From: Phycisphaera mikurensis NBRC 102666
GTDB taxonomy: Bacteria > Planctomycetota > Phycisphaerae > Phycisphaerales > Phycisphaeraceae
Reading direction: 5' to 3'
DNA: 32,000 bases
Assembly: GCF_000284115.1 (NCBI RefSeq)
Contig: NC_017080.1
Coordinates: forward strand, 450,001 to 482,000
The translations under genes and the position numbers were made by a program. Below, piece by piece: positions 7,579-16,127 of this stretch. The stretch's first letter is position 1; every line of letters begins with the position of its first letter. The notes under the pieces were generated by a model, which worked only from the letters and a program-made list of their open reading frames with translations, did no database searches and had not been told where the DNA came from.

Positions 7579-8919
7579 TCAGGCTTCCGGCGTCACCAGG
7601 TCGCCGAGGATCGGTTGCAGGAAGGCCGACCGCCACCCGCGGCGCAGCCGCGAGGGGGGAAGCGGCTGCCCCGCCGCATCGGCGTAGACCAGCGCCGTCA
7701 GCTCCTTCTTGTTCAGCAGCAGCGAAGGCGAGATGCCGGCGTCCTCGGCGAAGGCCCGCACGCGGGGCCAGATCGCGTCCAGCCGGGCCTTGTCCTCCTC
7801 GCTCGGCGGCGGGTTGCGGCGCGCGCGCGGCGGCAGCGGCCCGTCCGCCGCGTCTTTGCAGACGGCGGGGATCTCCGCGGCGTAGTGCTCCTTGACCGGC
7901 CGCGGCACGCCCTTGAAGCCCCGCAACGCCGCGGCGTCGGCCGGCGGGTGCAGCGCCAGGTCGACGAGCACCTGGTCGGCGAGGAACATCCGCACCGGCA
8001 CGTCGTTGCGGATCGCTTCGGCCTGCCGCCAGTGCAGCAGGGCGTCGAGCACCGCCCTGGTCCTCCGCGACATGCCGCGCGTGCCCTGCGCCTTGAGGCG
8101 CCCGGAAAGCGGGTCGGAGACGAACGCTCCCGGCGCACAAAGCCGGCGGTTCTCCTCGGGCACCTTGGCGGTGTGGCCACGCTTGGCGACCTCCTCGTCG
8201 ATCCGCTCCCGGAGCAGCGCGAGGTAGCGGACGTCGTTCGCGGCGTACTCCCGCTTGTCGCCGGTGAGCGGCCGCTTCCGCCAATCGGTGAACTTGTGGT
8301 CGGCGCCCAGGTCGGCGTCGGTCAGGGCGTCGGTGAGCTTGCGCAGCGAGCAGGGGTAGTCCAGGCCGGCGAAGCCCGCGGCGATCTGCGTGTCGTAGAT
8401 GGCCGCCGGCGGCCGGCCCGTCAGGCGCTCAACCGGCTCGAGGTCCTGGAGCCCGGCGTGCACGAGCGTCTCCACCGCCGGGTCGGCGATCAGCTCCCAG
8501 AGCGGCAGCAGGTCGACGCCGGCAAGCGGGTCGATCAGCGTCGCGGTCTGGATCGTCGCCACCTGCAGCAGGCAGAAGATCGGGAAGAAGTTCTGCTCGC
8601 CGATGAACTCGGTGTCGAAGGCGAAGGCGCCGGCCTCGCGCAGCGTCGCGACGAGGTCCAACAGCTCGCCGTCGGTGGTCACAAGCCCCGGCACGTTGGT
8701 GGCCACCAGCGGGTGGTCCAGCGGCTCGGGCGGCGGTGCCAGGTCCAGCTTCGCGATCCGGGCCTCCTCGCGGCGGCGGTGCGGCGGGACGTAACGCGGC
8801 CAGGAGGCGCCGGGGCCCTCGCCGCCGCCGTCGCCGGTGCGGCTGGCGCGGGACGACCGCTTCCGGGGGTGCGGGGCGTCGGTCTCGTGCGGGGCGTTTT
8901 CGGAGGAGGAACGGGTCAT
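7579..8919 (-). CDS. rnd: ribonuclease D (3'-5' exoribonuclease with HRDC region)
   Basis: DEDD exonuclease blocks FAFDTEF, LVHAGLQDLE and YAANDVRYL, followed by an HRDC-like segment (LDALLHWRQAEAIRNDVPVRMFLADQVLVDLA). Confidence 0.9.
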   Translation of the reverse strand: MTRSSSENAPHETDAPHPRKRSSRASRTGDGGGEGPGASWPRYVPPHRRREEARIAKLDLAPPPEPLDHPLVATNVPGLVTTDGELLDLVATLREAGAFAFDTEFIGEQNFFPIFCLLQVATIQTATLIDPLAGVDLLPLWELIADPAVETLVHAGLQDLEPVERLTGRPPAAIYDTQIAAGFAGLDYPCSLRKLTDALTDADLGADHKFTDWRKRPLTGDKREYAANDVRYLALLRERIDEEVAKRGHTAKVPEENRRLCAPGAFVSDPLSGRLKAQGTRGMSRRTRAVLDALLHWRQAEAIRNDVPVRMFLADQVLVDLALHPPADAAALRGFKGVPRPVKEHYAAEIPAVCKDAADGPLPPRARRNPPPSEEDKARLDAIWPRVRAFAEDAGISPSLLLNKKELTALVYADAAGQPLPPSRLRRGWRSAFLQPILGDLVTPEA

Positions 8920-9041
8920 GGGCGTCGGCGCCGGGCGGAGCCGACCGCGGGGTATCGGTCCAAAGTAGGAGCGGGGAGCGCGAAGTGGCCCGCGACCCGC
9001 CCGCCGGGGCTCCCGCCCCCGCCGGAGCTCTACGATGGGCG

Positions 9042-10004
9042 ATGCCCAACGCCCCCGCCGCCGACGCTCCCCAAGACCGCGCTCAAGCTGGCACCCCCGG
9101 GCCGGCCGCGGCGGGGAAGCGCCTGCGGATCGGCCACTCGCCCGACCCCGACGACGCCTTCATGTGGTGGCCGCTGGCGGACTTCACCTCGCCCGACGGC
9201 ACCGCCCACACGCCGCGGATCGACACCGGCGGGTACCGCTTCGAGCACGTGCTCGAGGACATCGAGTCGCTCAACGTCCGGGCGCACGCGGCCGAGCTGG
9301 AGATCACGGCGGTCTCGATCGCCTCGATGCCGGCCCTCGCGAAGCACTACGCGCTCACCGCCTGCGGCTCGAGCATGGGCGACGGGTACGGGCCGATGAT
9401 CGTGGCCAAGCCCGGCCGCTTCCCCTCCTTCGAGTCGCTACGCGGGGCGACGCTGGCGATCCCCGGCGTGGGCACGACCGCGTGGCTCAGCTGCCGGCTC
9501 GCTCTCAAGGAAGCGGGCCTCACCACCGACGACGTCGACTGGTCGGTGCTGCCCTTCGACGAGGTGATGGAGGCGGTGGTCGGTGGCCGCTTCGACGCCG
9601 GGCTCATCATCCACGAGGGCCAGATCACCTACGAGCGCGACGGGCTGGAGCTGGTGCGCGACCTGGGCGTCTGGTTCCAGGAGACGCGGGGGCTGCCGCT
9701 GCCCTTGGGCGGCAACGCGATCCGGCGCGACCTGGTGGACGCGGGGGAAGGCTCGGCGATCGCCGCGGTGCTCCGCCGGTCGATCGACTTCGCGCTGCGG
9801 AACCGGGAGGAGGCCGTCGCCTTCGCCCGGCAGTGGGGGCGGGGGCTCTCGCCCGAGCTGACCGACCGCTTCGTGGGCATGTACGTGAACGATTGGACGC
9901 TGGACTACGGCGAACGCGGGCGGGAGGCGGTCCGCCGGCTGCTCGGCGACGCCGCGGAGGCCCAGCTGGTGCCGGCGTGCGACCTGCAATTCGTGGAGGG
10001 CTGA
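9042..10004 (+). CDS. MqnA/MqnD/SBP-family protein (futalosine-route menaquinone biosynthesis, MqnD-like)
   Basis: ORF 8736-10004 with internal ATG at 9042 (MPNAPAAD). LRIGHSPDPDDAFMWWPL and IIHEGQITY are blocks I associate with the MqnA/MqnD periplasmic-binding-fold family. I cannot distinguish the exact member. Confidence 0.7.
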   Translation: MPNAPAADAPQDRAQAGTPGPAAAGKRLRIGHSPDPDDAFMWWPLADFTSPDGTAHTPRIDTGGYRFEHVLEDIESLNVRAHAAELEITAVSIASMPALAKHYALTACGSSMGDGYGPMIVAKPGRFPSFESLRGATLAIPGVGTTAWLSCRLALKEAGLTTDDVDWSVLPFDEVMEAVVGGRFDAGLIIHEGQITYERDGLELVRDLGVWFQETRGLPLPLGGNAIRRDLVDAGEGSAIAAVLRRSIDFALRNREEAVAFARQWGRGLSPELTDRFVGMYVNDWTLDYGERGREAVRRLLGDAAEAQLVPACDLQFVEG

Positions 10005-10164
10005 GCGGTGGGCTCCCGCGGCTCCTCCCAAGCTGCGGCCGGCAACCCCTGGAGGAGGCGTGGCGGCGGCGCTCGGCGGCATCGGGTCGCGGCCCCGGCT
10101 GCCGCCTAGCGTCCGGGTTGCCCGAGGCCGCAGGCCCGGCAGAACCACCCGCACGGAAACCCCC

Positions 10165-10317
10165 ATGCTCCGCAACGCCATCATCGCCCTGGTCATCGCC
10201 CTCATCCTCTTCGCGCTCGGCTTCAGCGGCCTCGGCCAGATCGCCTGGATCATCGCCGGCGTCTTCTTCGTCCTCTTCCTGATCGCGCTGGTCATGCACC
10301 TCACCAAGAAGGTCTGA
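10165..10317 (+). CDS. small two-helix membrane protein (DUF1328/UPF0391-like)
   Basis: ATG at 10165 gives the 50-aa product MLRNAIIALVIALILFALGFSGLGQIAWIIAGVFFVLFLIALVMHLTKKV. The upstream 35 codons of ORF 10060-10317 are Arg/Pro-rich and unlikely to be coding. Confidence 0.6.
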   Translation: MLRNAIIALVIALILFALGFSGLGQIAWIIAGVFFVLFLIALVMHLTKKV

Positions 10318-10359
10318 TCCGCGTCCGGGGACTCGCGGGGGGGGGCGCTCGCTCGCCGG

Positions 10360-11052
10360 GTGCCACGCCGCCGGCGGCTCCGCCCGCTCTACCGTCCGGG
10401 GGTGTCCGACGCCATCTACGACCTGCTCTGCGCCGGCGGCCGGCCGGTGTGGACGCTGTGCACGAGCCCGACGGTGCTCCATGCCGAGCGGGCGAAGCTC
10501 CCCCCGCCGTTCCTGGTGGCGGCGAACCACGAGGGACCCTTCGACATCCCGATGCTGATGCGGCACGTGCCCCAGCGGCTGGACTTCCTGTCGATCGTCG
10601 AGGTGTTCTCGCGGCCGCTGCTCGGGCCGTTCTACCGGAGCATGAACGCCTTCCCGCTGGACCGCTCGCGCCCCGACGCGGCGACGGTGCGGGTGATCCT
10701 CGACCGCCTCGCCCGCGGGCGGTGCGTCGCGATGTTCCCCGAGGGCGGGTTCCGCCGCGGACGCCACCGCGTGACGGCGGGCGGGCGGATCCGGCCGGGC
10801 CTCGGCGGGCTGGCGCGGCTGGCGGGGGTGCCGGTGCTGCCGGCGGTGATGGCCGGCGGCGAGCGCTTCGCCGGCGTGCGGCCCTGGCTGCCGACCCGCT
10901 CGGTGCGGTACGGCGTGGCGTTCGGCGAGGCGATGGACCCGCCGGCCGATCCGGCGGGCGAGCGGCCCTTCGAGCTCGCCTTCGAGGCGGTGGAGCGGGG
11001 GCTGGCGGAGCAGCTGCGGGCGGTGGGCGTGAGCGGCGGCCGCGGACCGTGA
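10360..11052 (+). CDS. lysophospholipid (1-acyl-sn-glycerol-3-phosphate) acyltransferase family protein
   Basis: PlsC-family motifs NHEGPFD (Hx4D) and MFPEGG, plus the GLARLAGVPVLP block. GTG start. Confidence 0.8.
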   Translation: MPRRRRLRPLYRPGVSDAIYDLLCAGGRPVWTLCTSPTVLHAERAKLPPPFLVAANHEGPFDIPMLMRHVPQRLDFLSIVEVFSRPLLGPFYRSMNAFPLDRSRPDAATVRVILDRLARGRCVAMFPEGGFRRGRHRVTAGGRIRPGLGGLARLAGVPVLPAVMAGGERFAGVRPWLPTRSVRYGVAFGEAMDPPADPAGERPFELAFEAVERGLAEQLRAVGVSGGRGP

Positions 11053-11102
11053 GCCTTTCCCGCCGCTTTGGCCGGCGGTCCGCGGGTCGCGGATGCTCCG
11101 GC

Positions 11103-11150
11103 GGGCGGGCGGGCGGGCGGGTGGGCGGGTGGGCGGGTGGGCGGGGTGGG
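11103..11150 (+). repeat. (GGGN)12 G-tract microsatellite, a G-quadruplex-forming motif on the + strand
   Basis: Direct reading: GGGC GGGC GGGC GGGC GGGT GGGC GGGT GGGC GGGT GGGC GGGGT GGG. That is twelve G3+ tracts with 1-nt loops, ending 43 nt upstream of the rfbC ATG. Confidence 0.9.
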
Positions 11151-11193
11151 CGTGGAGCGCCGGTAGATTGTCCTCCCGCTCCGCGTCCACGCC

Positions 11194-11775
11194 ATGCACG
11201 TCACCCCGCTCTCGCCGCCGGGCCTCCTGCGGCTCGTGCCGCCCCGCTTCGGTGACGGGCGGGGCTGGTTCTGCACCGTCTACGCCGCGGAGACGCTCGC
11301 CGGCCTGGGCATCGGCGAGGCCTTCGTGCAGGACAGCGTGAGCTTCTCCGAGCGGGCCGGCACGGTGCGCGGGCTGCATTTCCAGCGTCCGCCGCACGGG
11401 CAGGGCAAGCTGGTCCGCGTGGTCCGCGGTCGGATCCGCGACGTTTCGGTCGACCTGCGGGTCGGCTCGCCCGCCTACGGCGAGCACGCGGCGGTGGAGC
11501 TCGCGGCGGAGGGCGGCGAGCAGGTGTGGGTGCCCCCGGGGTTCGCGCACGGCTTCGTGACGCTCGAAGACGCCACGGAGGTTCACTACAAGAGCACCGC
11601 GGCCTGGGCGCCCGCCTCCGAGGGCGGCCTCGCCTTCGACTGCCCGGCGCTGGGGATCGACTGGGGCGTCACCCGGGCGGAGGCGGTGCTCTCCGAGCGG
11701 GACCGCGAGCTGCCGGGCTTCGCCGGCTTCGAGAGCCCCTTCCGCCCCGGAGCCGAGGCCGCGCGTGACCGCTGA
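11194..11775 (+). CDS. rfbC: dTDP-4-dehydrorhamnose 3,5-epimerase
   Basis: RmlC cupin blocks DGRGWF, RGLHFQ, GKLVRVVRGRIRDVSVDLR and VWVPPGFAHGF. Confidence 0.9.
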   Translation: MHVTPLSPPGLLRLVPPRFGDGRGWFCTVYAAETLAGLGIGEAFVQDSVSFSERAGTVRGLHFQRPPHGQGKLVRVVRGRIRDVSVDLRVGSPAYGEHAAVELAAEGGEQVWVPPGFAHGFVTLEDATEVHYKSTAAWAPASEGGLAFDCPALGIDWGVTRAEAVLSERDRELPGFAGFESPFRPGAEAARDR

Positions 11776-12661
11776 GCCCGACGACTTTGCCGAAGCCACC
11801 GGCCGCGTCGGGGTCGCGGGTGTCACCGGGCTGCTCGGGGCGGAGCTCGCCGCCGAGGTCCGGCGCCGCGGCGGCGTGCCCGTCCCGCTGGCGCGTCCCG
11901 CCTGGGACTTCGCCCGGCCGGACGGCTTCCCCGCGCTGCCCGCGGGCCTGCGGGCGGTGGTCAACGCCGCCGCGTACACCCGCGTGGACGAGGCGGAGGC
12001 GGAGGAGGAGCTCGCGACCACCGTCAACGGCCGGGCGGTCGGGGCGCTGGCGCGTCGCTGCGGCGACGCCGGCGTCCGGCTGGTCCACGTCAGCACCGAT
12101 TACGTGTTCGACGGCCGCCGCGACACGCCCTACCCGGTGGACCACCCGCTGAACCCGCGCTCCGCCTACGGACGCAGCAAGGCGGCGGGCGAGGCGGCGC
12201 TCGCGGCGTCGGGCGCGGCGTCGCTGTGCGTCCGCACGGGCTGGCTGCACGGCCCCGGCGGCCGGTGCTTCGTCCGGACGATCCGCGACGCGCTGCCCCG
12301 CCGCCCCAAGCTCCACGTGGTCGCCGACCAGCGCGGCCGGCCGACGGGCGCGGCCTCGCTCGCGCGGCTCCTGCTCGACCTGCTCGGCGCAGGCGCCCGC
12401 GGCACCTTCCACGGCACCGACGGCGGCGAGGCAACGTGGTTCGGCGTCGCCCGGGCCGTGGCCGGGCGCTACGGCCGCGGGGCCGACGTGCTGCCGGCGG
12501 AGACGCGCGAGTTTGCGCGGCCGGCCCGGCGCCCGGCGTACTCCGTGCTCGACCTCGCCGCGACCGAGGCGCTGCTCGGGCCCCGCCCGCCATGGACGGT
12601 GGCCCTCGCCGACACGCTCGACCGCCTCGACGCGGCCGGGCCGCCGCCCGCAGCCCGATAG
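11765..12661 (+). CDS. rfbD: dTDP-4-dehydrorhamnose reductase
   Basis: RmlD blocks VAGVTGLLG, VNAAAYTRVDEAE, HVSTDYVFDG and YGRSKAAGE. GTG 11765 overlaps the rfbC stop. Confidence 0.85.
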   Translation: MTAEPDDFAEATGRVGVAGVTGLLGAELAAEVRRRGGVPVPLARPAWDFARPDGFPALPAGLRAVVNAAAYTRVDEAEAEEELATTVNGRAVGALARRCGDAGVRLVHVSTDYVFDGRRDTPYPVDHPLNPRSAYGRSKAAGEAALAASGAASLCVRTGWLHGPGGRCFVRTIRDALPRRPKLHVVADQRGRPTGAASLARLLLDLLGAGARGTFHGTDGGEATWFGVARAVAGRYGRGADVLPAETREFARPARRPAYSVLDLAATEALLGPRPPWTVALADTLDRLDAAGPPPAAR

Positions 12662-12747
12662 GCCGATCCTGAGAGCGGCCGGGCGTCGCTCGGCGGGAGC
12701 GGCGACCGGCGGCGTTCGCGGGCGCGACCGAGTAGAAGGGCACCCCC

Positions 12748-13773
12748 ATGAATCTCCTCGTCACCGGCGGCTCCGGCTTCATCGGCACCACGCTCGTGCG
12801 GCTGCTCCTGCGAGAGACCGGCCACCGCGTCGTCAACCTCGACAAGCTGACGTACTCCGGCGACACCGGCTCGCTCGCCGGCGTCGGGGGCGAGCACCCC
12901 GGGCGGTACCGCCTCGTCCGCGGCTGCGTCACCGACGCCGCCGCGGTTTTCCCGCTCGTCGCCGAGGCCGACGCCGTGCTCCACCTCGCGGCGGAGAGCC
13001 ACGTCGACCGCTCGATCGCCACCGGGGGCGCCCGCGTCTTCGTCGAGACGAACGTGATGGGGACGCAGACCCTCCTCGATGCGCTGCGGTCCACGCCGGG
13101 CGGGCTCGCCAAGCGGCTCGTGCACGTGAGCACCGACGAGGTGTACGGGGACCTCCCGCTCGGCGAGCCCGGCGTTCGCTTCACCGAGGAGACGCCCTAC
13201 GCCCCGAGCAGCCCCTACTCGGCGAGCAAGGCGGCGAGCGATCTGCTGGTGCGGGCGGCGGTGCGGACGCACGGCCAGAACGCGTGCGTGACCCACTGCT
13301 CGAACAACTTTGGGCCCTGGCAGTTCCCCGAGAAGGTGATCCCGCTGTTCATCGCCCGGTTGATGGACGGGCGACGCGTCCCGCTCTACGGCGACGGCCG
13401 CAACGTGCGCGACTGGCTGCACGTGGAGGACCACGCCCGGGCGCTGCTGGCGGTGCTGGAGCGCGGCCGGGCCGGCGAGACCTACGACGTCGGCGGCGAC
13501 AACGAGCGCAGCAACGCCGAGCTGACCGCGATGCTGCTCGACGCTTTCGGCCTCGGCGAAGACCGCATCGAACGCGTCGCGGACCGGCCCGGCCACGACC
13601 GCCGCTACGCCATCGACGCCGCGAAGATCCGGCGGGAGCTCGGCTGGGCGCCGAGACGCTCCGCCTGGCCGGAGGCGCTGTTGGAGACGGTGGCCTGGTA
13701 CCGGGAGAACGAGGCCTGGTGGCGGCCGCTGCTGGAGAAGGCAGGCAGAGCGCAAACGAAGCGCAGGAACTGA
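12748..13773 (+). CDS. rfbB: dTDP-glucose 4,6-dehydratase
   Basis: MNLLVTGGSGFIGT, VSTDEVYG, YSASKAASD, CSNNFGPWQFPEKVIPL and HVEDHARA are canonical RmlB blocks. Confidence 0.95.
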   Translation: MNLLVTGGSGFIGTTLVRLLLRETGHRVVNLDKLTYSGDTGSLAGVGGEHPGRYRLVRGCVTDAAAVFPLVAEADAVLHLAAESHVDRSIATGGARVFVETNVMGTQTLLDALRSTPGGLAKRLVHVSTDEVYGDLPLGEPGVRFTEETPYAPSSPYSASKAASDLLVRAAVRTHGQNACVTHCSNNFGPWQFPEKVIPLFIARLMDGRRVPLYGDGRNVRDWLHVEDHARALLAVLERGRAGETYDVGGDNERSNAELTAMLLDAFGLGEDRIERVADRPGHDRRYAIDAAKIRRELGWAPRRSAWPEALLETVAWYRENEAWWRPLLEKAGRAQTKRRN

Positions 13774-13798
13774 GGAAGCCAGCAGGAAAAAACGCTCG

Positions 13799-13970
13799 CC
13801 CCCGCCGCCCCCGCCGCCCCCGACCCAACCCCCACACCCCAAGCCCCCACCTCCTCACCCCCTCGCTTCCCCACTCCCTCCCTCCCTCACTTCTTCGCTT
13901 CTTTGCTTCCTCACTTCTCCGCTTCCGCACTTCTTCGCTTCCTCGCTTCTCTCCATACCCTCTCTGCCCG
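13799..13970 (+). repeat. C-rich polypyrimidine tract with 12 C3-5 runs and three CACTTCTYCGCTTC direct repeats
   Basis: Direct reading of the 219-bp rfbB-DAHP synthase spacer. By hand count about four fifths of the + strand bases are pyrimidines. C-runs lie at 13799-13886. The 14-mer repeats start at 13888, 13912 and 13928. Confidence 0.85.
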
Positions 13971-13992
13971 CGCCGACGCCCCGCGACGCCCC

Positions 13993-15060
13993 ATGACCGC
14001 CGCCTCCCCCACCCAGAACCTCAACGTCACCGGATTCGACCCGCTGATCTCCCCTGGCGGCCTCAACGAGGCGTTGCCGATCAGCGCGGCGGCGGCGGCG
14101 ACGGTCACCCGCGGGCGGGACGACATCCAGCGGATCCTCCGCGGCGACGACCCGCGCCTGCTGGCGGTCGTGGGGCCCTGCTCGATCCACGACGTCGACG
14201 CCGCGGGCGAGTATGCCCAGCGGCTCGCCGCGCTCGCCGAGGAGGTGAGCGATCGGCTGCTGGTGGTGATGCGGGTGTACTTCGAGAAGCCGCGGACCAC
14301 GGTCGGCTGGAAGGGGCTCATCAACGACCCCTTCCTCTACAGCGACCGCGTGTTCGACATGAACACGGGCATCCGGCGGGCCCGGGAGCTGCTGATGAGG
14401 ATCGCCGAGCTGGGCCTGCCCGCGGGCACGGAGTTCCTCGATCCCTTCACGCCGCAGTACCTCGACGACCTCGTGAGCTGGGCGGCGATCGGGGCCCGCA
14501 CCACCGAGAGCCAGACGCACCGGCAGATGGCCAGCGGGCTGTCGATGCCGGTGGGCTTCAAGAACGCCACGACCGGCGACCTGCAGGTGGCACTGGACGC
14601 CATGAAGAGCGCGATGGCGCCGCACCACTTCGTCGGCATCGACGAGGAGGGCCACGCCGCCGTCGTCCACACCCGCGGCAACGCCTACGGCCACGCCATC
14701 CTCCGCGGCGGCCACTCGGCGACGAACTACGCCCCCGAGGACATCGCCGCCGCGGCCGGGCGGCTGGTGGCGGCCGGGCTGAACCCGCAGCTGATGGTCG
14801 ACTGCAGCCACGCCAATTCCGGCAAGAAGCACACCGCGCAGGCGAAGGTCTGGGACAGCGTGCTCGCGCAGCGGGCCGCGGGGCAGAGGGCCCTGGTGGG
14901 CGTGATGCTCGAGAGCAACCTGGAGCCCGGCAACCAGGGCGTGCCGACCGGGCCCAACGGGCGGCCCGACGCGTCCAAGCTCCTCCGCGGCGTCAGCATC
15001 ACCGACGCTTGCATCGGCTTCGAGGAGACCCAGCGCCTGCTCCGGGCGGCGCAGGCGTGA
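13993..15060 (+). CDS. aroG: 3-deoxy-7-phosphoheptulonate (DAHP) synthase, class I alpha (AroG/F/H type)
   Basis: Near-colinear with E. coli AroG as I remember it: [55 protein letters not shown] and SITDACIG. Start is ATG 13993 inside ORF 13903-15060. I cannot tell the G, F or H isozyme. Confidence 0.9.
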   Translation: MTAASPTQNLNVTGFDPLISPGGLNEALPISAAAAATVTRGRDDIQRILRGDDPRLLAVVGPCSIHDVDAAGEYAQRLAALAEEVSDRLLVVMRVYFEKPRTTVGWKGLINDPFLYSDRVFDMNTGIRRARELLMRIAELGLPAGTEFLDPFTPQYLDDLVSWAAIGARTTESQTHRQMASGLSMPVGFKNATTGDLQVALDAMKSAMAPHHFVGIDEEGHAAVVHTRGNAYGHAILRGGHSATNYAPEDIAAAAGRLVAAGLNPQLMVDCSHANSGKKHTAQAKVWDSVLAQRAAGQRALVGVMLESNLEPGNQGVPTGPNGRPDASKLLRGVSITDACIGFEETQRLLRAAQA

Positions 15061-16127
15061 GCGGGTCCGTCGCCGACGAGGCGGCGCCCGCCACGCTGCG
15101 CTTCGGCTGCATCGGCTTTGGCAGGGTCGGGCGGAAGCGGGCGGGCGTGCTCCGCGGGCTCGGCCACCGGGTCGCGGCGGTGTTCGACCCCGCGGGCGTG
15201 GACGACCCGCCGGCCGGCGCCGCGGTGGCCGCCTCGCGGGACGCGTTGCTGGCCACGCCGGGCCTGGACGCGGTCGTGGTCGCCGCCTTCCCGGTCGCCG
15301 CCGCCGACGCGGTGTCCGCCGCGCTGGACGCGGGCCTGCACGTCTTCTGCGAGAAGCCCCCGGGCCGAACGCTCGCCGACGCCGAGGCGATGGCCGCCGC
15401 GAGCTCGCGTCACCCCGACCGCGTGCTGCAGTTCGGCTTCAACCACCGGCACCACCCGGCGCTGCGGGCGGCCCGGCGGCTCGTCGACGACGGGGCCGCC
15501 AACGGCCTGGGGCGCGTGATTTCCGCCCGCGGCGTCTACGGCAAGGCGGGCGGGCGCGACTTCGAGGCCCAGTGGCGGAGCGACCCCGCCCTCGCCGGCG
15601 GCGGCATCCTCACCGACCAGGGCATCCACCTCGTCGACCTGCTGCTGTGGTTCTGCGGCCCCTTCCACAGCGTGAAGGCGCACGTGGTCAACGCCTACTG
15701 GGGCATCGAGCAGGAGGACAACGCCGCGGCGATCCTCGTCGGCGACGGCCCCGACGGACGCTCCCCCTGCTTCGCCACGCTGCACTCCTCGGCGACGCAG
15801 TGGCAGCACCGCTTCGAGCTGGAGCTGGGGATGACCGGCGGCAGCGTCCGCGTCGACGGGATCCTCTCCTCCACCGGCAGCTACGGCGGCGGCACCGAGA
15901 CCCTGACGGTCGCCCGCACCGAGGACGCGCTGCGGCCCGCTTCGCTGGGGCGGCCGCGGGCCGAGGTCGTCTCCTTCGACCGCGACGACTCGTGGGAGCG
16001 CGAGATGAGGAGCTTCTGCGCGGCGGTGCGGGCCGGTTGCCCGGCGGCGGCGGGGACGTCCCGGGACGCGGTCGCCGCCATGGTGCTTCTCGAGTGGATC
16101 TACCGGGAGGGCGGCCGTGGCCGCTGA
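15057..16127 (+). CDS. Gfo/Idh/MocA-family NAD(P)-dependent sugar oxidoreductase
   Basis: This is the tail of long ORF 12513-16127. [13 protein letters not shown] Rossmann start, the EKP motif ([12 protein letters not shown]), FNHRHHP and [14 protein letters not shown] are present. GTG 15057 overlaps the aroG stop (GTGA). Confidence 0.85.
   Translation: MSGSVADEAAPATLRFGCIGFGRVGRKRAGVLRGLGHRVAAVFDPAGVDDPPAGAAVAASRDALLATPGLDAVVVAAFPVAAADAVSAALDAGLHVFCEKPPGRTLADAEAMAAASSRHPDRVLQFGFNHRHHPALRAARRLVDDGAANGLGRVISARGVYGKAGGRDFEAQWRSDPALAGGGILTDQGIHLVDLLLWFCGPFHSVKAHVVNAYWGIEQEDNAAAILVGDGPDGRSPCFATLHSSATQWQHRFELELGMTGGSVRVDGILSSTGSYGGGTETLTVARTEDALRPASLGRPRAEVVSFDRDDSWEREMRSFCAAVRAGCPAAAGTSRDAVAAMVLLEWIYREGGRGR

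Noticed and set aside
13349-13930. - strand ORFs 13349-13930 and 13605-13874 and the + strand ORF start at 13903 across the polypyrimidine tract
   Set aside because: Their translations are runs of Gly/Arg/Glu/Lys or Ser/Leu/Phe dictated by the low-complexity DNA. The DAHP synthase homology begins only after ATG 13993.
885-16127. N-terminal extensions of the chimeric long + strand ORFs (885-3356, 4407-6554, 8736-10004, 12513-16127) and of the - strand ORF 27902-29968
   Set aside because: The upstream portions overlap well-supported genes in other frames and are low-complexity. Recognisable domains begin only near the internal ATG, GTG or TTG codons that sit at start/stop overlaps with the preceding gene.
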